A stretch of 41,233 nucleotides of DNA, taken from positions 1 to 41,233 of the IMG/VR virus record IMGVR_UViG_3300025451_000024; one strand, given 5' to 3'. The notes below the pieces were generated by a model that was not told where the DNA came from, did no database searches, and was given only the letters and a program-made list of their open reading frames with translations. The translations under genes and the position numbers were made by a program. The DNA is from a virus. Taxonomy: Duplodnaviria > Caudoviricetes. Shown here one piece after another: positions 7,666 through 16,753 of this stretch (the stretch's first letter is position 1; every line of letters starts with the position of its first letter).

Positions 7666-9848
7666 TGCCTGGAGGTTGGGGGTCATCCAAGAACGGCATC
7701 CGGATCGGCGTCTTCTGGGACGGGGTCGAGTACAACGGTGACAAGAGCCAGGCTCGTATTACCGACGCCCGCATCACGATCGACCGCAACGTCAACATCA
7801 ACGACAGCGCCAACAACCTGTCTTGGTCGGGCGGGGCGGTAACCGACGGCAGCGACGCCAACATCAACGTGGATGGCTCGGGCGAGGAGCGCATCAAAAA
7901 CGTTTCGGCCCAGTGGCAGGATCTGTCCTACACGGCTACCACCACGGTCCATTTCGAGGCCTCGTTCTCGGGCGTCAACTACGCGGGCGGCACCCTGACC
8001 GCCGACAAGACGGTCACCTTCTCGAAACGGCCCATCAGCATCCCGGCCGCCCCGAGTGCGCTCGGGGTGTCGGGTGCCGGGTCGAGTCGCACGTTCAACT
8101 GGACGCTGACGAACACGACCGCGGCGCCGGTCGCCACCACCGAGCTCTACCGGAGCCTGAACGACGGCGCCTTCCTGAACGTCGGCAGCGTGGCCTATCC
8201 GACCGCCTCGGTCACGGTCAGCGGCCTACCCGACAACTCGAAGATCATCTACCGATTCTACACCAGGAACAGCGCGGGGCAGTCAACCACCTACGTCCAG
8301 AGCGCGGCGATCTACACGACCCCGGCCGCGCCAAGCGGGCTCGCGGCGGCCAAGCAAGGCGACGGCTCAATCAAGGTCACGGGCAGCGACAACTCAGCCT
8401 ACGAAACCGGCTTCCAGATCCAGGACAGCCCCGACGGGGCGACGTGGGAAGACGCCGTTGCTTCAACCCCGAGTCTGCCGTGGGTGCAGGTGTCCCCGAA
8501 CGCCGCGATCACGCATCGCTATCGGGCGCGCGCGCTCGGGCCGGGCGGGCTCGCCTCGGGCTGGTCGAACGTCTCGAACATCGTTCAGCTACTTGCGGCT
8601 CCGAACGCGCCGACGAACCTCGGTCCGACGTCGGCCAAGCCGCCCACCGAAGAGTTCACCCTGTCCTGGTCGCACAACCCCGTGGATTCGTCCCCCCAGA
8701 CTCAGCGGAACGTGTCGTACGTGTTCTCGACCGACGGGGGCGCGACATGGAGCGCGGCCGCGGACCTGTTCAGCGACGGGGCCTCGGTTCAGTCGTATGC
8801 AGTTGCGGCGGGTACGTTCGGCCCGGGCCTGCTCAAGTGGAAGGCACGCACCAAGGGTTTGCACGCCGACTGGAGCCCATTCTCGGCCGAGTCGGTCGTC
8901 CCGCTCACGCCGCGCCCCACGACCACCATCCTCGGCCCAGCTTCCCCGCTCAACTCGTCCCGCTTGGTGGTCGAGCTTGGCTACGCGGACGACTACTCGG
9001 CGCAATCGAGCGCCACGGTTCGGGTCTACAACGACACGACAAACGCGCTCCTGCTGAGCCGAGCCGAGTCGGGAGCCGGGTTGGAGTTCGACTTCTCGGA
9101 CACCCCGCTTCTAGAGGGAACGTACCGTATCGAGGCGTCGACGACGAACGGCGCCGGGCTCAGCTCGGCCGTGGTCACGTCGACGCTCGTTATCGAGTAC
9201 CTCCCCCCGGTGGCGCCCGAGGTCTTCTCGACCGCGTGGGACGAAGCCTCGGGGTCGCTTTCCCTCTCCACTACCAATCCCCCCGGGGATGGCGTGGTGA
9301 CGGTCGATACCGTGGCTCAGGCCCTCTATCGAGTGATCGACGGTGTGCGCGAGCTCGTGGCAACGTTCGACCCGGACGCGTCGTATCTCGACGAGACCCC
9401 GGTCACGGACGGGCCGGAGTACGTGCTCGTGGCGTGGTCGGCTGACGGCGCAACCACGGAACTGAGCTTCGTGGTCGGCCCGGAGCCACTGGTGCAGCGG
9501 TGGGTTTACCTGAACAAGCCGAGCGCTCGGGCTCGATTCCGGGCGGGGGTCCAGCGCAAGCGGTCCGCCAGTCTGGCCCAGAGCGTCGACAACTACGCCG
9601 GACGCCCCGAGGCCGTGAGCACGTACGGGGAGGCGGTTCGCGAGGGCTCGGACTTCAGCATGGTGCTGCTCCTTGCCGAGGGCACCGACTGGTCCCAAAT
9701 CCGGCGCGTGGTCCTGACCCCTGGCGACGCCGTAGTGCGCACCCCCGACGGGCTCCGGTTCTACGCTTCTATCCCTTCTTCCGACGCGACCGACTCGGAC
9801 CTGGTCTATCAGCAGGCGTCGATTACCGTCGTGCATGTGGGGCCGTGA
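7665..9848 (+). CDS. Minor tail protein with FnIII/Ig-like repeats
   Basis: PAAPS..W...Y.YR.RA...G.S.WS repeats; follows tape measure. Confidence 0.8.
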   Translation: MPGGWGSSKNGIRIGVFWDGVEYNGDKSQARITDARITIDRNVNINDSANNLSWSGGAVTDGSDANINVDGSGEERIKNVSAQWQDLSYTATTTVHFEASFSGVNYAGGTLTADKTVTFSKRPISIPAAPSALGVSGAGSSRTFNWTLTNTTAAPVATTELYRSLNDGAFLNVGSVAYPTASVTVSGLPDNSKIIYRFYTRNSAGQSTTYVQSAAIYTTPAAPSGLAAAKQGDGSIKVTGSDNSAYETGFQIQDSPDGATWEDAVASTPSLPWVQVSPNAAITHRYRARALGPGGLASGWSNVSNIVQLLAAPNAPTNLGPTSAKPPTEEFTLSWSHNPVDSSPQTQRNVSYVFSTDGGATWSAAADLFSDGASVQSYAVAAGTFGPGLLKWKARTKGLHADWSPFSAESVVPLTPRPTTTILGPASPLNSSRLVVELGYADDYSAQSSATVRVYNDTTNALLLSRAESGAGLEFDFSDTPLLEGTYRIEASTTNGAGLSSAVVTSTLVIEYLPPVAPEVFSTAWDEASGSLSLSTTNPPGDGVVTVDTVAQALYRVIDGVRELVATFDPDASYLDETPVTDGPEYVLVAWSADGATTELSFVVGPEPLVQRWVYLNKPSARARFRAGVQRKRSASLAQSVDNYAGRPEAVSTYGEAVREGSDFSMVLLLAEGTDWSQIRRVVLTPGDAVVRTPDGLRFYASIPSSDATDSDLVYQQASITVVHVGP

Positions 9849-10936
9849 TGGACTATACCGCTTCCGGCGTCCAGCACCGAGTGACGGTCGACGTGCTCGA
9901 CCGGGTGAGCCGCGCCACGCTCGGGCAACTCCCCGGGGTTTCAGGGTTCAGCATCGAGAAGAACCTCTACAACGAATACCGGTGCGGCGGGTCGATTGAC
10001 GTTGACCTCCAGACCCCCGTCGCCTGGCGCAAGTCGCTGATCAGGATCTGGCTCACGCTGGAGCTCGGAGGCGAGGTCGAACGGCACCCCCTCATCACGG
10101 GCCTGCCGACCGTGGCGGGGGACACCCAAACCGACACGGTGCTGACTCTTCAAGCCGTTCTGAAGGACACCACAGCGTTCCTCGACGACACGCTCGGCAG
10201 CACCCGGGCGTATCCGTCGGGCACCGTCGTCACGACCGCCCTGAAGGAGATCTTCACGGAGCTCGGCATCGCCGAGGCGTACGTCGAGCCGAGCGCGGGA
10301 ACGCTGAGGTCGGACGCCTCATGGCCCCCAGAAGCGACGTACCGGAAGCTCGTCAACGAGATGTCCGCCACGCTCGGGTACGCGGCCGTCTGGTCGGACA
10401 GCATGGGAGTTCTATACGTGCAGCCTTACCAAGACCCGAGCGAGCGGGCGGAGGTGTTTCAGCTCGGGTGGGGTGAGCGATCGGTCACACTGCCCTTGGT
10501 CAGCCGCGAATACCCCGACGAGATGCCTAACCATTTCGTCCTCTACACGGGTGACGAGAACCCGCTGATCGCCGAGGGCTGGAACACCGACCCCGCGAGC
10601 CCCTACAGCACCGTGAACCAGCGAGTGGTCCCGTACCCGGGCGGCCAGGTCGACGCGACGGACCAAGCCTCGCTGGACCGGCAACTCGCGGTCGTCATGG
10701 CGCAGAACCGCGACGGCGCCCACACGTACGAACTTTCGCACCGCTGGTTCCCGCTCGACCCGACTCGGGTTATCGAGCTACAGTCCGCGGGCCGACTGAG
10801 GACCCCCGAGTACCGCTGGCGGGGCGTCGCCGTGAAGGAACCTCTAGATGTGAAGGTAAGCGTCGTGCAGCAATCATTCTCGTGGTCGAAAGGGGAGCCC
10901 GTCAGCCCGGTTAGCACCAGGCTTAGGGGCGCATGA
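9848..10936 (+). CDS. Minor tail protein (hub/Tal-like)
   Basis: TGATG overlap with the previous gene; position in tail tip module. Confidence 0.75.
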   Translation: MDYTASGVQHRVTVDVLDRVSRATLGQLPGVSGFSIEKNLYNEYRCGGSIDVDLQTPVAWRKSLIRIWLTLELGGEVERHPLITGLPTVAGDTQTDTVLTLQAVLKDTTAFLDDTLGSTRAYPSGTVVTTALKEIFTELGIAEAYVEPSAGTLRSDASWPPEATYRKLVNEMSATLGYAAVWSDSMGVLYVQPYQDPSERAEVFQLGWGERSVTLPLVSREYPDEMPNHFVLYTGDENPLIAEGWNTDPASPYSTVNQRVVPYPGGQVDATDQASLDRQLAVVMAQNRDGAHTYELSHRWFPLDPTRVIELQSAGRLRTPEYRWRGVAVKEPLDVKVSVVQQSFSWSKGEPVSPVSTRLRGA

Positions 10937-10937
10937 A

Positions 10938-12407
10938 ATGAAAACTTCCACCGTTCGACGGATCGTATCGAGCATGCTTTCCGCCCTCGAAATACCGTCC
11001 CTCCGGTGGGCGGACGTAACTCAGGAATCGCCGCTTCGTGTGAAGTACGCGTCGGAGCCCGCGCTATCCATCACTCCGACTTTCTTGGGGCCGAGGCCAT
11101 CGGTTGGGTACAAAGTCCTCACGGTACGTTGGGGCACACGCATTGTTGTTCTTGGATCTAACGAGGAAGTGGGTAGTTTGGTGAAGGTAACGAACTGGGC
11201 AAAGGGCGACGGCTCGACAAACGACACGGCCGCCATCCAGTCGGCGATCACAGCCGCAAACGGCAAGAAGACGGTTTACTTCCCACCGGGAACATACATG
11301 GTCAACGGCGCGGTCGGGGTGCAGCTCAATATCGCCAACACCCGGCTTCAGCTGGCTTCTGGCGCGATCATCAAGGTGATCCCGAACAACCTGACGAACT
11401 ACAGCATCCTCAACGTGACCTCCCCTGACTGCACAATCGAGGGCGGCACGGTCGAGGGCGACGTCACCACGCACACGGGCTCCACCGGTGAGTGGGGCCA
11501 CGGCATCAACGTGCATGTGAACGCGCACCGCACGAAGATCCGCGACGTCCTGGTCAAGCGGTGCTGGGGTGACGGGATCTACATCGGGGGCGACGGCGCT
11601 GTCCAGGACGTCATGCTGTCCCGCGTCACGTGCGACGCGAACCGCCGGAACGGCTGTTCCGTGATCGGGGGTACTCGGTTCGTTGCCAACGACTGCCGGT
11701 TCATCAACACGGGCACGCTCGGCTTCACCGCCCCTGGAGCCGGTATCGACCTGGAGCCGAATAGCTCCGGGTACAACATCCTGGAGTTCCAGGTCCAGGG
11801 CTGCATTGCGAACAACAACACCGGCCCCGGAATCAGCATCGTGCGGGCCACGGGCATGACGGTGCGCGGCAAAGTGAACGACTGCACCATGACAGCCAAC
11901 CTGACCTACGGGCTCCTGATCACGGGCGGGGCGGGCTCTATCGCCGCGAGCGTGAACGGGTGCACGATGTCCTACAACACGCTCGGGGGTTCCTACCTCG
12001 GTGCCCCTGGTGGGAAGCTCCAGAGCTGCCATCTGTACTCGAACGCCCGGAACGGTGTCTGGGCCGTTGCCGCAGTTGAGATGACCGGGTGTGTGCTGGG
12101 CTTCAACTCGTGGTCTGGGGTCCTGCTCGACACGGGCTCGGACAACTCTACTATCGTCGGGAGCGTCATCGGAACCTCGGGCGGCGCGGCCGCGACCACG
12201 TACCACGAGCTGGACATCAAGAGCACAGGGCTGAGGATGGCGGGCAGTGAGCTACGGCCGTCGGCGTCGGGCAACCGGGCGATCAACGCGATCAACGTCC
12301 AGGCGACCGCGACGGGCGCCGTGTTCAACGGGGTCGGCGCGAGCGCGGGCACCGTAGGCAAGATCGCCGCGCAGGCGGACACGGTGCAGTCCCCGGATAT
12401 TACCTGA
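10938..12407 (+). CDS. Tail spike / receptor-binding protein with pectate-lyase-like right-handed beta-helix
   Basis: AKGDGSTNDTAAIQSAI...VYFPPGTY entry motif followed by GDGIY/NRRNG/GIDLEP beta-helix repeats. Confidence 0.85.
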   Translation: MKTSTVRRIVSSMLSALEIPSLRWADVTQESPLRVKYASEPALSITPTFLGPRPSVGYKVLTVRWGTRIVVLGSNEEVGSLVKVTNWAKGDGSTNDTAAIQSAITAANGKKTVYFPPGTYMVNGAVGVQLNIANTRLQLASGAIIKVIPNNLTNYSILNVTSPDCTIEGGTVEGDVTTHTGSTGEWGHGINVHVNAHRTKIRDVLVKRCWGDGIYIGGDGAVQDVMLSRVTCDANRRNGCSVIGGTRFVANDCRFINTGTLGFTAPGAGIDLEPNSSGYNILEFQVQGCIANNNTGPGISIVRATGMTVRGKVNDCTMTANLTYGLLITGGAGSIAASVNGCTMSYNTLGGSYLGAPGGKLQSCHLYSNARNGVWAVAAVEMTGCVLGFNSWSGVLLDTGSDNSTIVGSVIGTSGGAAATTYHELDIKSTGLRMAGSELRPSASGNRAINAINVQATATGAVFNGVGASAGTVGKIAAQADTVQSPDIT

Positions 12408-12414
12408 GGGTACT

Positions 12415-12870
12415 GTGGTCGATGTGTCCGACCCCCTCCTGCCCACGATGTCGCGGTGGTATTACCGGAAACCGTGGACCAGGACGCTCATGTTTCTTTA
12501 CTGCCTCATGTGCAGCGTTGTGGGTCTTATCGGGTTGTTCGACCGCCCCTCGCCCGCGATCGAGAACCAGATGGGTTACTACGCGGTTCTTCTGTACTCG
12601 TCCACCCTGCTCGTGTCGGGCCTTATCGGCTCGCTCGGCATCTTCCGAAGCATCAGGGCGACAGTCGTGTCTGTCTGGGCCATGGCAGCCGCGACGTTCT
12701 TCCACGGGGCGGCTGTTATCGCGCAGGGCAACCCGCAAACGGGCCTCCGGCTGATGATCGCCCCGCTGATGATGGTGCCGCTCGTTTGGGCGTGGGAGCA
12801 ATGGCTCACCATGATCAAGCACGTAATCCGCTTGCCGTGGCCGAAATGGCGGCGGGATCGGGATGATTGA
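12415..12870 (+). CDS. Multi-pass membrane protein in lysis cassette (possible start GTG 12424)
   Basis: About four hydrophobic segments; upstream of endolysin. Confidence 0.7.
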   Translation: MVDVSDPLLPTMSRWYYRKPWTRTLMFLYCLMCSVVGLIGLFDRPSPAIENQMGYYAVLLYSSTLLVSGLIGSLGIFRSIRATVVSVWAMAAATFFHGAAVIAQGNPQTGLRLMIAPLMMVPLVWAWEQWLTMIKHVIRLPWPKWRRDRDD

Positions 12871-13243
12871 GAACATCGGGGTTATCGTCGGGTGGGTCGG
12901 CCTGATCGCGTCTGCCTTTGGTGGCATAGTGCTGGGCATCCGAGCCCTTATCCGGGGGCCGAAGGAGGACCGCGTCCTCGAGATGGATTTGCAAGAGCGC
13001 GAATCGGCCTACGCCGACAAGGTGATCAAGCGGTTCGAGGAGCGGCTCGAACGGGCCGAGCAACGGGCCGAGCGCGCCGAGCAGCGGGCCGCCGACCTGG
13101 CGCCTCGGGTCGCCGACCTGGAGGGCAAGCTGATGCAGGCCCTGGTCACGATTGAGGAAATGGTGGCCGCTGTTCCGGCCCCGACCAACATTAAGCTCCC
13201 AGCCTGGATCTTCGACTGGGTCCACCGCGAGAAGCGCCACTAG
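12863..13243 (+). CDS. Single-TM coiled-coil membrane protein (lysis accessory)
   Basis: N-terminal hydrophobic helix then (RAEQ/RAER) coiled coil. Confidence 0.7.
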   Translation: MIENIGVIVGWVGLIASAFGGIVLGIRALIRGPKEDRVLEMDLQERESAYADKVIKRFEERLERAEQRAERAEQRAADLAPRVADLEGKLMQALVTIEEMVAAVPAPTNIKLPAWIFDWVHREKRH

Positions 13244-13263
13244 CCCGAGCTATGCTATGGGGC

Positions 13264-14544
13264 ATGCCATCAGCCACAGACCCGCGAGCTCACAGCTACT
13301 GGATTAAGGTCGACTCGGCCGGGCACCAGCTACGCGCTGACGCCGCCGCGTCGTATCTGCGCATGATCGCCGCGGGTATGCCCGCGAACGGCGTTCAGGT
13401 ATTCCGCCGCACGTGGGACGCTCAGGCCGCCCTCCGGAAGCGGTACCTCCGGGGGGTCGGCCCGATCGCCGCGGTACCGTCGTGGGGGGCGCCGCACATC
13501 CAGGGGGTCGCTTGCGACTTCTACACCCCCTCCGGAGCCGCGTTCCTGTGGGCCATGGGCGGCATGAAGGGGAACCCCGCACTCGCCCCCCGCTCGACTG
13601 ACGATTCCGGCGCTCGGGCTCGGGCGTACGGCTGGTACCGAACCGTGCCGTCCGAGCGCTGGCACCTCCAGTATGACCCCAAGAAGGACACCAAGGCGGC
13701 CGCCGACCTGGCGAGGCGGCTGAAGGTGCTCGGGTACACCGGGCTGAAGTCGTTCCAGCGCGCGAACGGTCTGGCGGCCGACGGGGTGGCAGGCAAAGCG
13801 ACGTGGTTCAAGCTGCTGACCGATCCCAAGCCCGCCACCCCGGTACCCGCCCCGGTGCCGGTGTCGCCCGACCGTGACTTCCGGTTCGTCCAGGTCAACT
13901 GGGAGGCCGACCGGTTCGGCGACGACGACAACGAGACTACCTCGGTGCAGGCCGACTGGGCGGCCAAGGAACTGAAGTTCTCGCTCAGCACCTTTCAGGA
14001 GCTGCCCGAGCGAGCCCGTAAACCGTTCTACGCTCACTACGGTGGGGAGACCAAGGCATACGTGCTGAACTACCTCGGCGTGATGGCCCGGGCCTCGCAG
14101 TGGACGTTTCAGAAGCGCGCAGTGGTCCTGTTCGACGACAAGGGCATCCACGGTGCGGTTCGGGCGACGCTTCTCGAGCCGAAGACCGGCCACGTGATCG
14201 ACGTGATCAGCGTGCACGTGCGCCCGCTCGCCTCGGCCAAGAACACCGCGGCCAAGCTGGGCGACGTGCGCAAGGCCCTCGGCCTGGTGCGCAAGGGCGT
14301 CCCCACCATCTTTGCGGGCGACCTGAACACCGCGGCCGCGCGAGCGGTAGTGCTCGGTGCCGGGCTCGGGTTCAAGATGGTCACGCCCGACGAGGACACC
14401 GTGGTCAAGTCGGGCGTGCAGAAGCTCGATATGGTCGCCGCCACCCCGGAGTTCATCACCCGCAAAGTGACCAAGGTTCGTAACCCCCACTCGGACCACT
14501 ATCTGTGGCTCTGGCAAGGCACCCTCCCCAAGAATCTCAACTGA
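13264..14544 (+). CDS. Endolysin: M15-like peptidase + peptidoglycan-binding domain + EEP domain
   Basis: R...Q, PHIQGVACD and ERWH motifs; FQRANGLAADGVAGKATW PG-binding motif; N..QE..H..GDLN..D..SDH EEP motifs; start 13264 inferred from a leaderless promoter. Confidence 0.85.
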   Translation: MPSATDPRAHSYWIKVDSAGHQLRADAAASYLRMIAAGMPANGVQVFRRTWDAQAALRKRYLRGVGPIAAVPSWGAPHIQGVACDFYTPSGAAFLWAMGGMKGNPALAPRSTDDSGARARAYGWYRTVPSERWHLQYDPKKDTKAAADLARRLKVLGYTGLKSFQRANGLAADGVAGKATWFKLLTDPKPATPVPAPVPVSPDRDFRFVQVNWEADRFGDDDNETTSVQADWAAKELKFSLSTFQELPERARKPFYAHYGGETKAYVLNYLGVMARASQWTFQKRAVVLFDDKGIHGAVRATLLEPKTGHVIDVISVHVRPLASAKNTAAKLGDVRKALGLVRKGVPTIFAGDLNTAAARAVVLGAGLGFKMVTPDEDTVVKSGVQKLDMVAATPEFITRKVTKVRNPHSDHYLWLWQGTLPKNLN

Positions 14545-14556
14545 AAGGTACTACCA

Positions 14557-14898
14557 ATGAAGAACGAACCCCTGGTGACCACGGCCACCATCACCGCGGG
14601 CACGACGGCCGTTCTGGCGCTTCTCGTCGCGTTCGGCGTCCCCCTCAGCGAGGCCCAGCAGATCGCCATCCTGGGCGTGGCAGCTGTCGCGGCCCCGCTC
14701 GCGGTCGCGGTTGTGGCTCGGCGCCTGGTCACTCCGAACGGCAGCGTCGTCGAGAGCGTCGACCCGGGCGGAACGGTCGTAGCTGGCGAGGCCAACGAAC
14801 TTCCGACCGGCACCGAGATCCGGGAGCTCGGCGACTCGATGGAGACCGAGCCCGACGCCATGATCGTGGACAACCCCTACGACACCCCCGAGGGATAG
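14557..14898 (+). CDS. Holin (2 TM, acidic C-terminal tail)
   Basis: GAAAGG RBS; EP...LLVAFGVPLSEAQQIAI...VTP pattern; directly after endolysin. Confidence 0.75.
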   Translation: MKNEPLVTTATITAGTTAVLALLVAFGVPLSEAQQIAILGVAAVAAPLAVAVVARRLVTPNGSVVESVDPGGTVVAGEANELPTGTEIRELGDSMETEPDAMIVDNPYDTPEG

Positions 14899-14914
14899 GC
14901 CCACACAAGTACAG

Positions 14915-14945
14915 CGGCCCCCGCCCATATCCCGGGCGGGGGCCG
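14915..14945. terminator. Hairpin at the convergence of + and - transcription, likely bidirectional terminator
   Basis: 12-bp perfect stem CGGCCCCCGCCC / GGGCGGGGGCCG, 7-nt loop. Confidence 0.75.
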
Positions 14946-14956
14946 TTCAGACGTTC

Positions 14957-15097
14957 TCAGCGGGTGGTGTACGACATGTACCCCAGCCAAATCAGAGCCG
15001 ACACGAGTAGGGCTACCACCAAGTGGATATGGCCCAGGCACATGACCAGGAAGCAGGCGGCCGCGAGGGCCAGGCCCTGGAGGCTGGTGCTCCTCAT
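14957..15097 (-). CDS. Small membrane protein (46 aa)
   Basis: ATGA overlap with upstream gene; hydrophobic. Confidence 0.6.
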   Translation of the reverse strand: MRSTSLQGLALAAACFLVMCLGHIHLVVALLVSALIWLGYMSYTTR

Positions 15098-15402
15098 GAC
15101 CACAACTCCTCGACCCCGGGCAGCTCCACCGTCGGGCTTTCCCAGACCCCGGCGCGGTAGGCCGCCCGCCAGCGGGCTACGTGCAGGAAGTCGTAGAACA
15201 ACCCGTCGGGCCTGCGGCACCAGCGGCCCGGGGAGACCCGGCACTTGGGGCACGGCACCATTGTTAGTCTGCCCACAACCTCAGCCCCCTCAAGGTCGGT
15301 GCTCGCGGCGGCCGGGTGGCTCTTGATCCGTTCCAGGATGTTGCGGTAGGTCACCCGCGAGGGGCAGCCGTACTGCCCCTTGCGCTGCGCGGCGGTCCTC
15401 AT
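15094..15402 (-). CDS. Zinc-finger protein (CxxC-x7-C...HxxR)
   Basis: CPKCRVSPGRWC...HVAR; GGAGG RBS; coupled to upstream gene. Confidence 0.65.
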   Translation of the reverse strand: MRTAAQRKGQYGCPSRVTYRNILERIKSHPAAASTDLEGAEVVGRLTMVPCPKCRVSPGRWCRRPDGLFYDFLHVARWRAAYRAGVWESPTVELPGVEELWS

Positions 15403-16358
15403 GCCGCCACCTCCTGCAGCATGAGGGCCATGGCCCGATCCTTGGTCGAGGGATCGAAGATCGAGCGCTCGGCGCGGGCCAAGCTCACGTCATCGTTACG
15501 CACCGGGGCGTAGTGCTCGGCCCACTCGGTGAGAGCGTTGAACCCGGCCCACACCGTTTCCCGGATGCCGCTATTGGTGTTCGACACCGAGAACAGGTCG
15601 AGGATGTCGGCGATCTTGTCGTCGGCCTTGGTGTGCGCTGCCTTGCCCGCGTCGTCGGCCGCGCCAAACTCGGCCGCCAGGATTTCTTCGAACCGGGCTT
15701 GCGTCAGCGTCGTGTCGGCCATTTTCTCGGCGATCTGGTTGAACTCGTCCAGGTAGATGAAGGTCTTGTCGAGCAGCCCGAGCACCTCCTCGCGCAGCCG
15801 GGCCACGGCGTGCCGGGTGTGCCGAACCTTGATGATGCAGGAGTTGTCGCCGAGCGCGACGTTGAGCATGTTCATGCACGCGAACCGCATCGGGGTGACC
15901 ATCAGGATGTTGGCCGCGCCGTCGTGGCTGTTGATACCGGCCACGTAGTTGTCAATCAGGTCGACCCCGCCGACCCGGTAGTGACCGGGCAGCTTCATCG
16001 TGATAAAGGTGCGGCGGCCGCCCTTAGCGATACCGGCCGTCTCGAAGGTGGCCCCGGCCTCGGTGGCGAACAGATCCATGATGGCGATCTGGTCCTCGTT
16101 CTGGATCGTGGTGTGCGCCCGGCCCACGTCGCCGAGGTAGCCGAGGCCGCCCTCGGGGCGATCGAACAGCACCGCGCGGCGGTCGGGCATCTCGACGCGA
16201 TCGCCGGTGATGGGGTCGACCGCGTACGCCGGGGCCTTGCGAATGTTCCAACCGGCGAGGCCCCCGGCCTCGAGGGCGTCGGCCGCGCTTGTCGTCGACA
16301 GGAGCGGCGTGCCGAGCGTGTTGAAGGCGTCGAGCCGGGTGATGGTGGAGCTGGTCAT
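15399..16358 (-). CDS. DUF932/DUF945 family protein
   Basis: GLAGW, IQNE, FETAG...GGRR.F, NSHDG, R..C.N.L, RHT, T.W..FNA.TEW..H motifs. Confidence 0.85.
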   Translation of the reverse strand: MTSSTITRLDAFNTLGTPLLSTTSAADALEAGGLAGWNIRKAPAYAVDPITGDRVEMPDRRAVLFDRPEGGLGYLGDVGRAHTTIQNEDQIAIMDLFATEAGATFETAGIAKGGRRTFITMKLPGHYRVGGVDLIDNYVAGINSHDGAANILMVTPMRFACMNMLNVALGDNSCIIKVRHTRHAVARLREEVLGLLDKTFIYLDEFNQIAEKMADTTLTQARFEEILAAEFGAADDAGKAAHTKADDKIADILDLFSVSNTNSGIRETVWAGFNALTEWAEHYAPVRNDDVSLARAERSIFDPSTKDRAMALMLQEVAA

Positions 16359-16425
16359 GGTGGCAACCTTTCGGGTAGGTGTTGTTGCTAAGGGCAACTA
16401 TACACGGGTGTCTGGACAAACGCAA
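16359..16425 (-). promoter_or_regulatory. Repeat copy 1: sigma-A-type promoter + palindrome + RBS
   Basis: TTGCGT-N17-TATAGT, GTTGC-N5-GCAAC, CTACCCGAAAGG; identical over 67 bp to 16647-16713. Confidence 0.9.
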
Positions 16426-16429
16426 CACC

Positions 16430-16449
16430 CCCGGCCGAACTCGGCCGGG
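16430..16449 (-). terminator. Hairpin terminator abutting promoter copy 1
   Basis: CCCGGCCG/CGGCCGGG stem followed by a T-rich run on the - strand. Confidence 0.6.
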
Positions 16450-16457
16450 TCGGGGGT

Positions 16458-16643
16458 TCAGCGGGCGACGGTGGTGGTGATGGCGGCGCAGGGATCGCAG
16501 AGCCAAGCGATGGTCGGCCAGCGCTTACCAGGCTTCTTTACCTGGACTCGGGTGGCGCCGTCGGTGGCGATGCTGTGGCTGTCACACCGAGTGCAGTTGG
16601 GGACAGCCGGGTAGCTGGTGCGGGTGACGTGGTAGCGGAGCAT
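16458..16643 (-). CDS. Small Zn-ribbon protein (61 aa)
   Basis: CTRC...CDPC; own promoter and RBS. Confidence 0.75.
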   Translation of the reverse strand: MLRYHVTRTSYPAVPNCTRCDSHSIATDGATRVQVKKPGKRWPTIAWLCDPCAAITTTVAR

Positions 16644-16646
16644 TTC

Positions 16647-16713
16647 GGTGGCAACCTTTCGGGTAGGTGTTGTTGCTAAGGGCAACTATACACGGGTGTC
16701 TGGACAAACGCAA
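16647..16713 (-). promoter_or_regulatory. Repeat copy 2: promoter + palindrome + RBS
   Basis: Identical to copy 1. Confidence 0.9.
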
Positions 16714-16714
16714 A

Positions 16715-16738
16715 CCCCCGGTCGAACTCGGCCGGGGG
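16715..16738 (-). terminator. Hairpin terminator abutting promoter copy 2
   Basis: CCCCCGG(T/C)CG stem, near-copy of 16430-16449, followed by TTTGCGTTT on - strand. Confidence 0.6.
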
Positions 16739-16753
16739 TATTTCGCGCGGGGT

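Noticed and set aside
16359-16397. Shared N-terminal peptide MPLATTPTRKVAT in several ORF-track proteins
   Set aside because: Artefact of translating the promoter repeat from a TTG; true starts follow the GAAAGG RBS
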